Notes: generated from the sequence alone by a model not told the origin. A stretch of 43,378 bases of DNA from Eubacteriales bacterium (GCA_045536155.1 JAZSMZ010000067.1:1-43378), one strand, 5' to 3'. Positions 18,244 to 27,950 are shown, counted from the first letter of the stretch. A program made the numbers and translations.

Positions 18244-19052
18244 TGTTCATCGAAATGCTTACTTATCCTTTCATGCAGCGCGCCCTTATCTGCGGCACGC
18301 TGATCGCACTCTGCTCCGCCCTTTTAGGAGTATGTCTTGTGCTTAAAAGATATTCAATGATCGGCGACGGACTCTCCCACGTCAGCTTCGGCGCAATGTC
18401 GATAGCCTCGGCTGTCGGACTTGCCCCTCTCGGTTTTGCCATTCCCGTTGTTATGGCGGCGGCGGTGTTTTTGCTCCGCATCAGCGAGAGAAAAAAGATA
18501 AAAGGTGACTCGGCTATCGCCCTCATATCGACGGCATCGCTTGCAGTTGGTGTTACCGTCACCACATTTTCTCAAAATTCCAACATCGATCTGTCGGGAT
18601 ACATGTTCGGCAGCATACTTGCGATAAAGAGCGAGGATCTGATACTCAGCTTGATCCTTTCTCTGGTCGTCGTTATTTCCTTTATCGTATTTTACAACCG
18701 CATTTTTGCCGTCACCTTCGACGAAAATTTCGCCGCATCGGCGGGCATCAAGGTCGGGTATTACAATATGCTCATCGCGATGCTCACCGCCGTCACCGTA
18801 GTGCTCGGGATGCGTCTTACCGGTGCGCTTTTAATATCGGCTCTGATAATTTTTCCGCCCATGAGCGCGATGCGGGTATGCAGATCTTTCCGCGCAGTCG
18901 TCATCGTTTCGGCGGTGATCTCGGTCGTCTGCTTTAACGTCGGACTTATCGCATCATATTTCCTCGCCACCCCCGCAGGCGCGAGCGTCGTGCTTGTCAA
19001 CATTATCGTATTCGCCGTCTTTTCGCTGGCGGCAAAGATCAAAAGCAAATAA
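18243..19052 (+). CDS. Metal ABC transporter permease (ABC-3 / ZnuB-like)
   Basis: YPFMQRALICGTLIALCSALLGVCLVLKRYSMIGDGLSHVSFG is typical of the ABC-3 family. Confidence 0.85.
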   Translation: MFIEMLTYPFMQRALICGTLIALCSALLGVCLVLKRYSMIGDGLSHVSFGAMSIASAVGLAPLGFAIPVVMAAAVFLLRISERKKIKGDSAIALISTASLAVGVTVTTFSQNSNIDLSGYMFGSILAIKSEDLILSLILSLVVVISFIVFYNRIFAVTFDENFAASAGIKVGYYNMLIAMLTAVTVVLGMRLTGALLISALIIFPPMSAMRVCRSFRAVVIVSAVISVVCFNVGLIASYFLATPAGASVVLVNIIVFAVFSLAAKIKSK

Positions 19053-19078
19053 AAAGCGAGGCTAACGCCTCGTTTTTT
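19051..19078. terminator. Bidirectional terminator
   Basis: cgaggc-taac-gcctcg hairpin with flanking A and T runs, between convergent genes. Confidence 0.65.
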
Positions 19079-19088
19079 ATTCGTCTTG

Positions 19089-19397
19089 TCAGTCGAGCAT
19101 AGCAAGGATCTGCGCCTTGGGACGCACGCCCATAAGCTGTTTTACAGCCTTGCCCTCCTTGAAAAGGATGATAGTGGGAATGCTTGAAATTGAGAACTGA
19201 GAAGCGAGGTCGCCTTCCTCGTCGACGTTGACCTTGCCCACTTTGATGTCGCTTCTTTCGTTTCCGATCTGCTCGATAACAGGTCCGAGCATGCGGCAGG
19301 GACCGCACCAGGGTGCCCAGAAATCAACGATAACGGGAACGGTAGAATTTAAAACTTCGCTTTCGAAGTTTTCACTTGTGATTTTGAGTTCTGCCAT
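19089..19397 (-). CDS. trxA: Thioredoxin
   Basis: 102 aa with WAPWCGPCRM active site. Confidence 0.95.
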   Translation of the reverse strand: MAELKITSENFESEVLNSTVPVIVDFWAPWCGPCRMLGPVIEQIGNERSDIKVGKVNVDEEGDLASQFSISSIPTIILFKEGKAVKQLMGVRPKAQILAMLD

Positions 19398-19471
19398 AAT
19401 AATAACCGTGGCTTTCGTTTACGAAAGCTTCCTTTCTTTAATCTTGAATTAATAGTACTGTTTCTAAATCA

Positions 19472-19500
19472 ATAATACCATTTCTCTTCGTCCGTGTCAA
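19472..19500 (-). promoter_or_regulatory. SigA-type promoter for trxA (TTGACA-17-TATTAT, TG-extended)
   Basis: Minus-sense sequence reads TTGACAcggacgaagagaaatggTATTAT. Confidence 0.5.
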
Positions 19501-19687
19501 TATTATTATCGCGCAAAGTAAAAATATACAAAAAAGCCGTCGGTTTGCCGTCTCGGATAAAAGGCACTTCAGAGCCTCTCGTAAAACCGCAAGGCATCCC
19601 GCCGACCGCTAAAGGAGAAAAACAACGAGCATCAAATAAAAGCTCGTCCGCAGTGGAAAAATGCAATTTTTCGACAAAATCGGCAAG

Positions 19688-19716
19688 TTGACAAAGGAAA
19701 CAGTAGATGATATAAT
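19688..19716 (+). promoter_or_regulatory. Consensus SigA promoter (TTGACA-17-TATAAT, TG-extended)
   Basis: TTGACAaaggaaacagtagatgaTATAAT, about 60 nt upstream of ATG 19775. Confidence 0.55.
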
Positions 19717-19774
19717 TGTTTTGTGAGTTATTGAAAAAATATCCTTAACATATAAGCGAGGAGAAAATATCAAA

Positions 19775-21547
19775 ATGAGTATATTCCTTTTGATGCTTTG
19801 GCCTTTGTTCTGCGCTTTTGCAACGTTTTTTATACCCAAGCTGAAAAAGCTTCGCGATAATTCGGCATCGATACGCGAGATGTTTGCCATAATCGGCTGC
19901 ACTGCAGAGCTGCTTCTCGTCTCATTTTTGATGACAGAGAACGTAAGCGTCGTTATGCCCTTTTTTGACGGCATAGGACTCGTGCTCTCGTTCTCGGGTG
20001 CAAACGCCGTATGCTGCTTTATCGTATCTCTGGTGTGGCTTACGATGACCGTGTTCGGCCGCGCGCACATAAGAAAGCATGACGACAGCGGCATCTTTTA
20101 TCTCTTTTCTTTTTTCTCGCTGAGCTCGGCGATCGGCTATTTCCTTTCCACCGACTTTATCGCATCACTTCTCTTTTTTACGCTCGGTTCTGTCTTTACG
20201 TATCCCGCTCTTATTTGCACAAAAGATGCAAAAAGCAAGAAGCGCGCGGTAGAATTTGCGCTGTCGAGCGTTGTGTCAATATGTCTGCTGTTTTTTGGAA
20301 TGTCGCTTATACATTATCAGACCGACTCGCTGACATACTCAAGCATCGGCACGTTTGCGCCGCTGATGAACAAAAAGCTGGTCTTTTTGGCGGCCGCCGT
20401 TATCTTTTTTGCATTCTTGATCCGTTCGCTCTTCTTTCCCCTGCTATTCAGAAAAACAAGCGAGGATAATTCCCCTGCTCTTCTCTCGCTCGCACCCGTC
20501 GAATCGATGATCGGTCTTTACGGCATCTTCAACGTCACCTTCTACATGTTGCCGAACAGCGCGCCGTGGCATCTCATGCTTTTGATCATCGGATCTGTTC
20601 TCCTTTTGTCGGGTGCTCTGATCTCACTGCTCTCATCGCGGCTGGACCGAATGATCATCTTTTCGCTTATCTCTTCACTCGGATGCACCCTCATCGGAAT
20701 ATCCCTTTATCCGTTGACGGGCACTTCCGAAAGCATCGCGTCCTGCCTTATCCACCTGTTCACCACCACGATCGCGTTTACGCTCGTTCTGTCAATAACG
20801 ACGCTGATATCAAATGATTCATCAAAGATGCACACCGCATCTCTGCGCGGCTTTTATCACGACGTACGCGCCATGAGCCTTTGCTTTCTGTCGGCATCGC
20901 TCGGAATTGCGGGCATACCTGCATGGAGCGGTTACATCGGACACGCGCTTATCAACGATTCCCTTCAAAGGAGCGGAATTGCTGCGTGCTCGATACCGCT
21001 TGTGATCGCCGGCAGCTTCACCGTCGCCGCATTCACCCGTGCATACGTGCTCATCTTTTTGCGACGCCCGATAAACACAAGCATCGATTCGAAAAAAAAT
21101 CGCTCCCATGATTTTGCCACCTGCATCGTGGGCATAATATCGGCGCTGATTTTGCCCTTTTTCGGAATATTCCCCAATATCACCGTCATAAAATTGGCAA
21201 ACAGGATGCTCACATCACTGCGCCGTCCGGCCATACTCCATCTTGACGTATTGGAAAGCGAAACGCTTTCGTTCGGACTTTTGACGGTAGTCATCGGCGC
21301 TTTGATATTCATAATACTGGATCGTTTTTCAAAGCCTGACGATTTCCGTCTTGCCGATCCCGACAACTTTACCGAATCGGGAAGGAAGAAGGGGATCACG
21401 CGAAAAATCGCCGATTTCATATACGATTTTTCGACCGAGGGCGATATAAAGCTCACCTTCAAGCGGATATTTATATCTCTTGTCTGTGCACTTTTCATGG
21501 CGATTGCAATAATACTTCTGTCAATTCTGTTTATCGTTGTAATATAA
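19775..21547 (+). CDS. Polytopic membrane protein, divergent NuoL/M/N-MrpA/D (proton-conducting transporter subunit)-like
   Basis: About 14 predicted TM helices. GIAGIPAWSGYIGHALI resembles the GxPPxSGFxxK motif of PF00361 proteins, but the central conserved motifs look degenerate. GAGGAG RBS. Confidence 0.45.
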   Translation: MSIFLLMLWPLFCAFATFFIPKLKKLRDNSASIREMFAIIGCTAELLLVSFLMTENVSVVMPFFDGIGLVLSFSGANAVCCFIVSLVWLTMTVFGRAHIRKHDDSGIFYLFSFFSLSSAIGYFLSTDFIASLLFFTLGSVFTYPALICTKDAKSKKRAVEFALSSVVSICLLFFGMSLIHYQTDSLTYSSIGTFAPLMNKKLVFLAAAVIFFAFLIRSLFFPLLFRKTSEDNSPALLSLAPVESMIGLYGIFNVTFYMLPNSAPWHLMLLIIGSVLLLSGALISLLSSRLDRMIIFSLISSLGCTLIGISLYPLTGTSESIASCLIHLFTTTIAFTLVLSITTLISNDSSKMHTASLRGFYHDVRAMSLCFLSASLGIAGIPAWSGYIGHALINDSLQRSGIAACSIPLVIAGSFTVAAFTRAYVLIFLRRPINTSIDSKKNRSHDFATCIVGIISALILPFFGIFPNITVIKLANRMLTSLRRPAILHLDVLESETLSFGLLTVVIGALIFIILDRFSKPDDFRLADPDNFTESGRKKGITRKIADFIYDFSTEGDIKLTFKRIFISLVCALFMAIAIILLSILFIVVI

Positions 21548-21577
21548 AAAGAAGGTTGATTTTCAACCTTCTTTTTT
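21546..21577. terminator. Bidirectional terminator
   Basis: aaaagaaggttga/tcaaccttctttt hairpin between convergent genes. Confidence 0.75.
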
Positions 21578-23157
21578 TACATAAGGGGGGCCATGAGGCG
21601 CAAAAGAGTTTGTATGACCGAGATGAAAAATCCGCGCTTGCAGTCTTCTGCTTTTATCTCGCGAGATTCATTTTCCGTATCGAAAAAATCCCTTTTGACG
21701 TCCTCTATCACTTTCTCGTCCATAAAGCAGCAGCCGCACTCGAAATGGTGGTAAAGCGAGCGATAGTCTAAATTGACCGTGCCCACCGTTGCCACAGCGT
21801 CGTCCGAAACGAAGAGCTTGGCGTGGCAAAAGCCGTCCTTGTATTCAAATATACGTACGCCGTTTGAGATCAGATCGTGATAATACGAGCGCGTTGTGGT
21901 GTGAACGTACCAATGATCTCCGATTTCGGGCGTGATGATACGCACGTCCACTCCGCGCTTGGCGGCGTATACGAGGCTTTCGGTCATGGCATCGTCGATT
22001 ATGAGATAGGGGGTTGTGATATAGAGATACTTTTGAGATGAGCTGATAATGCTCGTGTACACGTTCTCGCCGACGTATTCGCGATCGAGCGGACTGTCGG
22101 CATAGGGCTGAACGTATCCTTGATGCTCGATATCGCTCTTGCCGGGATAGAATACCGTCAAGTCCTCATCCGCTTTGAAGGGGCATCTCTTTTCGGCACA
22201 GCATATCTGCCACATCTCGAGAAAGATCAGTGTAAGACTCCACGCTCCGTCACCTTTTATCATGACGGCGCTGTCCTTCCACCTGCCGTGCTTTTCAATT
22301 TCGTCGATATATTCGTCGGATATATTGATTCCGCCCGTGAAGGCAACCTTGCCGTCGACAGATACGATCTTTCTGTGGTCGCGGTTATTCGATGCGGTGG
22401 TAAGGAAGGGTCGGAATTTGTTGAACACCATGCACTCGATGCCGTAGCTCGCGAGTATTTTCGGGTAATTACTCGGCAAAAAGAAGAAGCTTCCGATATC
22501 GTCGTATATGATCCTTACCTTGACCCCCTCGGCGGCCTTTCTTACAAGGATGTCGAATATCTCACTCCACATCTTGCCGCCGCAAATTATAAAATACTCG
22601 ATAAAGATGTATTTTTCTGCCTTTTCGAGCTCCTCTTTGAGCCGTTCGAGCTTTTTTACACCCGATGGGAAATACTCGCATTCGCTAGCCGAAAAAACGG
22701 GAAAGGCGCACTTGTTTTGTAAATATCTCATTCTGCCCGCGCTTTTGGGACAGTCCTTTACGGCCTTTTCAAGGCAATCGCCGTTTTTGAAGAAGAGCGG
22801 GCCTATCTCTCTTTCGTTTTCACTGTATTTTTCTTTAAATCTCCGAAGCGACTTTTGGGTCATGAAAAATAGGTAAAGCATACCGCCGAAAAGCGGGAAC
22901 GCCATTATCATAAACACCCAGGCGAGCTTGAATGAGGATTTTTCGCTTTTGTTTACGATGTGAATGCAGACGATTACACTCAGCGCGTTCAAAAAAAGGG
23001 CGATCGTGCTTGACAAAAGGCTTGACGAAAAGATGAGGTATATGATAAATGCAAGCTGGATAGCAAGCAGGAGAATAGTTACGATCCTGCGGCGCATCAA
23101 AAAATACACCCAGCTCTTGTTTTTCACTTCTTTTAGCGTATTTTTCGTTTTTTTCAT
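21577..23157 (-). CDS. cls: Cardiolipin synthase
   Basis: Two N-terminal TM helices and two PLD HKD motifs (HRKIVSVDGKVAFTGGINISDEY and HAKLFVSDDAVATVGTVNLDYRS). ATG at 23157 follows GGAGA. Confidence 0.9.
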   Translation of the reverse strand: MKKTKNTLKEVKNKSWVYFLMRRRIVTILLLAIQLAFIIYLIFSSSLLSSTIALFLNALSVIVCIHIVNKSEKSSFKLAWVFMIMAFPLFGGMLYLFFMTQKSLRRFKEKYSENEREIGPLFFKNGDCLEKAVKDCPKSAGRMRYLQNKCAFPVFSASECEYFPSGVKKLERLKEELEKAEKYIFIEYFIICGGKMWSEIFDILVRKAAEGVKVRIIYDDIGSFFFLPSNYPKILASYGIECMVFNKFRPFLTTASNNRDHRKIVSVDGKVAFTGGINISDEYIDEIEKHGRWKDSAVMIKGDGAWSLTLIFLEMWQICCAEKRCPFKADEDLTVFYPGKSDIEHQGYVQPYADSPLDREYVGENVYTSIISSSQKYLYITTPYLIIDDAMTESLVYAAKRGVDVRIITPEIGDHWYVHTTTRSYYHDLISNGVRIFEYKDGFCHAKLFVSDDAVATVGTVNLDYRSLYHHFECGCCFMDEKVIEDVKRDFFDTENESREIKAEDCKRGFFISVIQTLLRLMAPLM

Positions 23158-23244
23158 TATTTTCTCCATTGGGATAAGGGGGGGTAAAAATGCCGCACGC
23201 AAAAGACAGTCGTGTCGATCGGCGCGCGGCGTCATTTTTATGTA

Positions 23245-24009
23245 TTAATGCTCGGTCATCCATTCGTTGACCGTCATGCCGGTGTTGTAGCGGAAAAAAT
23301 CCTGCATGGATTTGAGGCTTTCAAATCCTGCTGTCTTTGCCGCTTCGGCGGCGGTCATGTCGGAGGCAAGCGAAAGCTTTAAATAGGACAGTCGGACGGC
23401 GTCGATATACGATTTAAGTCCGCGGGAATAGCGCGCGCAAAAGACGACCGACAGATACTTTGCGGTATATCCGAAATGCTCCGCCACCTCAGCGCTCTTG
23501 CAAACGCCCTTCTTTTCGTGGACGTAGTCGCATATTGCACTGCAAAGCTTGAGCTTTTCATTCGAATCGTCATCAACCGGAAGACCGTCGACCTGCAGTA
23601 CCGTGATTATCAGGCGCAAAATGCTGTCAACCGACTCGGCAGGATATTCGGGCAGACTGTAATATTCGAGTATAAGCGAAAGGAGCTGTTCAAAGCGCTC
23701 CGGGTGAGCGGGAATGAACACCTTATGGGCAAGAACGGCGATGTCGGCATCGCTTATCGAGCCTTCGAAGACGATGCGCGTGAAAAAGGTATCCTCGCTG
23801 CACTCGCGAAAGCCGTAGTGCCTGTTCTGGCCGTCAAGCAGCAGTACCTGTCCCGCCTTCAGACGATATTCGCGGTATCCTTCGCAGATATCGAGACTTC
23901 CGCTGTGAAGATAGAGTATCTCGCCTCGTCCCGCTTTTCTTGAAGGATAGAGCATTCCTGCGTGAATGCATCCCTTACCGTATGAAAGAAAATGAATGCC
24001 GTCGTACAA
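23245..24009 (-). CDS. AraC-family transcriptional regulator (cupin plus HTH)
   Basis: C-terminal double HTH (AEVAEHFGYTAKYLSVVF...AAEAAKTAGFESLKSMQDFFRYNTGMTVNEW). TTG start after AAGGGGG. Confidence 0.8.
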   Translation of the reverse strand: MYDGIHFLSYGKGCIHAGMLYPSRKAGRGEILYLHSGSLDICEGYREYRLKAGQVLLLDGQNRHYGFRECSEDTFFTRIVFEGSISDADIAVLAHKVFIPAHPERFEQLLSLILEYYSLPEYPAESVDSILRLIITVLQVDGLPVDDDSNEKLKLCSAICDYVHEKKGVCKSAEVAEHFGYTAKYLSVVFCARYSRGLKSYIDAVRLSYLKLSLASDMTAAEAAKTAGFESLKSMQDFFRYNTGMTVNEWMTEH

Positions 24010-24111
24010 AAAAGCTGCCCCCTTTAATCGATTTTTATATGAAAAAGGTAATTGACGATAGTAAAAAGATGTGCTATAATTATCTGACAGTATGCGAAAG
24101 GAATTTTTTCA

Positions 24112-24651
24112 ATGAAACTGATTATTGCATCCGATATACACGGCTCGTCCTACTATTGCTCGCTCCTTTTGGAGAAGGTGGAAAAAGAAGATCCCGACCG
24201 CCTTTTGCTGCTCGGCGATATACTCTACCACGGTCCGCGCAACGACCTTCCCCGCGATTACGATCCGAAAAAGGTAACCGCATCGCTCAACGCGATCGCC
24301 GACAAGATCCTTTGCGTTCGCGGCAACTGCGAAGCCGAGGTTGACCAGATGATGCTCTCCTTCCCCGTTTTGGCCGATTATGCCTTTCTTTTCGACTCAA
24401 AAACAAAGATCACGGCAACTCACGGGCACAAGCTCGATTCGTTCACTCCTCCGAAATCGGATGAGGTAATCGTATACGGTCACACCCACGTTCCGGTAGA
24501 TCACAAAAGCGATAACGGTGGAAGATTTATAAATCCCGGCTCAGTATCCATTCCAAAGCAGTCGTCGCCCCACAGCTATATCGTCTACGAAGACGGCGTT
24601 TTCACCTGGTACGACCTTGAAAGCGGAGAAAGCTACCTCCCCGAATTCTGA
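24112..24651 (+). CDS. yfcE: YfcE-type metallophosphoesterase (phosphodiesterase)
   Basis: MKLIIASDIHGS...LLLGDILYHGPRN...VRGNCE...THGH...YGHTH motifs. Confidence 0.8.
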   Translation: MKLIIASDIHGSSYYCSLLLEKVEKEDPDRLLLLGDILYHGPRNDLPRDYDPKKVTASLNAIADKILCVRGNCEAEVDQMMLSFPVLADYAFLFDSKTKITATHGHKLDSFTPPKSDEVIVYGHTHVPVDHKSDNGGRFINPGSVSIPKQSSPHSYIVYEDGVFTWYDLESGESYLPEF

Positions 24652-24671
24652 TATCGAATATGCAAATTTTC

Positions 24672-24710
24672 AATGAGGTGTCGCAAACGCGGCACCTCAT
24701 TTTGTTTTTA
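24672..24710. terminator. Bidirectional terminator
   Basis: aatgaggtg...cacctcatt hairpin plus T-run between convergent genes. Confidence 0.7.
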
Positions 24711-25832
24711 TCTTATTATAACCTTGATGCCCATAGCATCGAAATCGGAAAGCATCTTTGCATCGAGTTCGGCACCGTTTGCAACACAAATCATCTTCTT
24801 TACTCTGCCGCCGATGAGCGCAAGCTCATTGGCAAACTGCTTTTTGGACAGATCAAGATGGAATTTCTTGAGCTTTGCGACGAGTGCGATCTTCTTGTCG
24901 AATTTTCCCTCGCCGCCGTTCTTTGCAGCTTCCGCCTTCATGGCCGCATAGATCGAATCGAGCATGGCAACGGTAACGTGAAGCACGTCGGGGCGGTATT
25001 TCTTGATATCGCGGACCGAATTCTTGCCGTTGTCGCCGAATGCGACCGATGCACCTGCCATAAGGGGAGCGAGAATTCCGTAGAACATCTCGTTAATATT
25101 GCCGAGGCGCTGTACCGATACGAACAGATCCTCGCCCGAATATTCAACTGCGGCATGGATCTCGTTAAGCTTGTCAAAGAACTCTTTTTGAGTCATGGTG
25201 GTCATGTTGCCTTCGTCGTCAAAGAATACTGCGCATTCCTTGTCGGGCTTGGGCGCGGGCATGGGCGATGCCTTGCCTATATTATGCAGCGCAAAGCCAA
25301 ATTTTATGAATGTAGCGTAGTCGAGAGTGGTAGATTCGGGCAAAACGTCGTCGCGGTTGCCCGACTGATCGATGAATTTCGCATTGGTATCTACCTGAAT
25401 AAAGAAGCGCACCTTGGGCAGCTCGCTCTGACGTCCTATGTAGTTGCTGCGGCTTCCGCGAGTGAAAACAACGCACTCGCACTTGGCTTCGTTGATCTGC
25501 GCACGCTGTACTTCGGGATCAAGTGCGGGATCGATGTATACAGCACTTGCGGGAACGCACATAGCAGCAAGGTAGCAGGCAACGAGCTCGACCGATTTGT
25601 CGCCTACGACTGCAACTCTCGTACCCTCCATGCCCAGCATCTCAAAGCCTACTCGTGCGGAATCGACAACGTTCTTTATTGCCTCGTGGTTGGCGTGCAT
25701 GTCAACCGAGCCCTTCATGTACATATAGGAAGCTCTGGTGGGATTTTCAAGAGCGTTTTTGCGAACGATCTCATTTATAGAGGATACGGTAAAACCCGTT
25801 CTTACGGATGCATTCTTTTTCTTATCTGCCAT
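24708..25832 (-). CDS. Truncated, P-loop-less paralogue of the adenylate-forming ligase at 12048..13808
   Basis: Collinear with the first 60 percent or so of the FadD-like protein. TSGTTGxxKG is replaced by DDEGNMTTMT, and the protein stops (GIKVIIR*) just before the GYG-TE motif. Confidence 0.6.
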   Translation of the reverse strand: MADKKKNASVRTGFTVSSINEIVRKNALENPTRASYMYMKGSVDMHANHEAIKNVVDSARVGFEMLGMEGTRVAVVGDKSVELVACYLAAMCVPASAVYIDPALDPEVQRAQINEAKCECVVFTRGSRSNYIGRQSELPKVRFFIQVDTNAKFIDQSGNRDDVLPESTTLDYATFIKFGFALHNIGKASPMPAPKPDKECAVFFDDEGNMTTMTQKEFFDKLNEIHAAVEYSGEDLFVSVQRLGNINEMFYGILAPLMAGASVAFGDNGKNSVRDIKKYRPDVLHVTVAMLDSIYAAMKAEAAKNGGEGKFDKKIALVAKLKKFHLDLSKKQFANELALIGGRVKKMICVANGAELDAKMLSDFDAMGIKVIIR

Positions 25833-25929
25833 TTGTCTTTTTTCTCCTTGAATTTGCTTTGTTTATATTTATCCTTATTTTATATTATATACCCAACAAA
25901 AAGGAATGTCAAGCGATTTTCTCTCTCAT

Positions 25930-26772
25930 TTAGCCGTTTTTAGCCTTTTCGGGGCTTTTGCCGAAATGATTCTTATACGCGCGTGAAAACGAATATATCG
26001 ATTGATATCCAACGATCTCGGCCACCTCGGTCACCCTCTTCGTTTTCAGCAGCTCACGCGCCGAAAGCAGGCGTATTTTGTTGCGGTACTGTATCAGCCC
26101 TACCCCGAATTGCTTTTTGAACAGCTTTTCTATGTGGTATTTGTTGTATCCGAACTGTCTTTCAAAATCGTCAAGGCTCATTTTATGTGCCGACTCCGAT
26201 TTGATAAAATCCTTGATGTGGTGCGCGAGTGAATATCCCCCGTCTTCATTGGAAGAGAGCGCATTCTGAAAATTCTCTCCGATTATTATATCGAGTATTT
26301 CAAGGAGCAGACCCCTTTTTTTGATCTGATTTTTGTCGCTTTTGTCACATACGATACGGTAAAATATCTCTAAAAATTCGCTTTTATCCTCGCATTTGAC
26401 AAAGGGACTCGTGTAAAAGGCAAAGGGATCGTGCTCAACGAGCTGCCTTTCGCTTTCGGTAAAGTCAGACGAATCCTTGAACGATATCGGAGTTGCACTG
26501 CTCTCGGGCGAATATTTCAGACTGAAATGAATATGCGGCTGGGAGATCTCGTCACCGTTGCTTTTAATGCTGTGTCTGACGTTCGGATGAAAAAGGATTA
26601 TATCTCCCTCTTTCGCACCGTATTCCCGACCGCCGTACCAAAGCACAAAGCTCCCTCTTTCGACGTAGATAAGCTCAAAATCGAAAAGAACTCTCCGCTT
26701 CATGTAAAAATCCTTCGGCAGAACCGACTCCGTCGCCAGACGTATGTATGGATTTATCGTGTTAATATTCAT
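25930..26772 (-). CDS. AraC-family transcriptional regulator (cupin plus HTH)
   Basis: N-terminal cupin and C-terminal HTH_18-like sequence (VTEVAEIVGYQSIYSFSRAYKNHFGKSP). Divergent from the GH172 gene. Confidence 0.85.
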   Translation of the reverse strand: MNINTINPYIRLATESVLPKDFYMKRRVLFDFELIYVERGSFVLWYGGREYGAKEGDIILFHPNVRHSIKSNGDEISQPHIHFSLKYSPESSATPISFKDSSDFTESERQLVEHDPFAFYTSPFVKCEDKSEFLEIFYRIVCDKSDKNQIKKRGLLLEILDIIIGENFQNALSSNEDGGYSLAHHIKDFIKSESAHKMSLDDFERQFGYNKYHIEKLFKKQFGVGLIQYRNKIRLLSARELLKTKRVTEVAEIVGYQSIYSFSRAYKNHFGKSPEKAKNG

Positions 26773-26874
26773 CGCATCACCGCAAGAAATGTTAAATTAA
26801 TGCCAACAATAGATATTTGTATTATAGCGCAATAATGTTAAAATATCAATAGCTAAATTTTTAAGGAGCAAAAT

Positions 26875-27936
26875 ATGTTAAATTCGCTGACGACCAAAAA
26901 GAATATAAGATCATTTTCTCTTTCCGCCGAAAACATCACAGGTGAAAAGGGCAAGGGCGCTATGTGTCCCGTTGAGGAAGGTACCGCTCACGTTGCGGCG
27001 CGCGAGCTTGGAGTGGGCTGGAAGGTCAACCCCTGCCTTGAGATCGCCGCTAAGGGCAAGCTGACTCTGGCTGACATAAGCGGTCAGGGCGTGATAAAGC
27101 ACATCTGGATCACCGACACCCTCGCCGAGGAAAGATGCCTTATTCTGCGCATCTACTTTGATGGTCATCAAAATCCCGCCGTTGAGGCTCCCCTCTCCGA
27201 CTTCTTTGCGGCGGCAATTCACAACGAATACCGCCAACTGTCGAGCATAGCAGTGTGCGTTAATCCGCAAAAGGCGATGAACTGCTATTTCGAAATGCCC
27301 TATTTCACCGGCTTCAGAATCGAGGTCGAAAACCTCAGCACAAGCTCGGGACATATTTATTATCAGATCGATTGCGAGGAAAAAGAACTGCCCGAGGACA
27401 CTCTCTACTTCCATGCACAGTTCCGCCGTCAGAACCCCATCCCCTACAAAACTCCCTACACCATCCTTGACAACGTCAAGGGCAACGGACATTACGTCGG
27501 TACCTACCTGTTTTGGGGTGTCAAGAGCAACGGCTGGTGGGGCGAGGGCGAGATAAAGTTCTATATCGACGGCGACGGCGAATATCCCACCATCTGCGGC
27601 ACGGGCACCGAGGACTATTTCTGCGGCTCGCACAACTTCGACGTAAAGGGCAAATATACCGAATTCTGTACTCCCTATGCCGGAATGTACAAGGTAGAGC
27701 GCACCGACGAAACGTATCAGGCACAGAGATATTTCAATATGTACCGCTGGCACGTCACCGATCCGATATACTTTAAAAACGATCTCAAGGTAACCATTCA
27801 GGCGCTCGGCTGGCGAAGCGAGGGCAGATACCGCGCGTTAATGGACGATATCTCCTCCGTTGCGTATTGGTATTCGGACACGCTCGACGACGTTTATCCC
27901 ACCTTCCCCACAAAGGACGAGCTTGAACACTGCTGA
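26875..27936 (+). CDS. DUF2961 / glycoside hydrolase family 172-like protein
   Basis: GNGHYVGTYL...WWGEGEIKFYIDGD...PTICGTGTEDYF matches DUF2961 core motifs, from memory. Confidence 0.7.
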   Translation: MLNSLTTKKNIRSFSLSAENITGEKGKGAMCPVEEGTAHVAARELGVGWKVNPCLEIAAKGKLTLADISGQGVIKHIWITDTLAEERCLILRIYFDGHQNPAVEAPLSDFFAAAIHNEYRQLSSIAVCVNPQKAMNCYFEMPYFTGFRIEVENLSTSSGHIYYQIDCEEKELPEDTLYFHAQFRRQNPIPYKTPYTILDNVKGNGHYVGTYLFWGVKSNGWWGEGEIKFYIDGDGEYPTICGTGTEDYFCGSHNFDVKGKYTEFCTPYAGMYKVERTDETYQAQRYFNMYRWHVTDPIYFKNDLKVTIQALGWRSEGRYRALMDDISSVAYWYSDTLDDVYPTFPTKDELEHC

Positions 27937-27950
27937 CAAAACCGACATAA

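Noticed and set aside
17551-19052. Metal ABC transporter lacking an adjacent substrate-binding lipoprotein gene
   Set aside because: ZnuA/MntA-type binding proteins are often encoded elsewhere, so this is not unusual enough to flag.
24660-25943. 427-aa + strand ORF
   Set aside because: It is antisense to the ligase paralogue. It is Cys/His-rich, has no RBS or domain, and spans a terminator hairpin.
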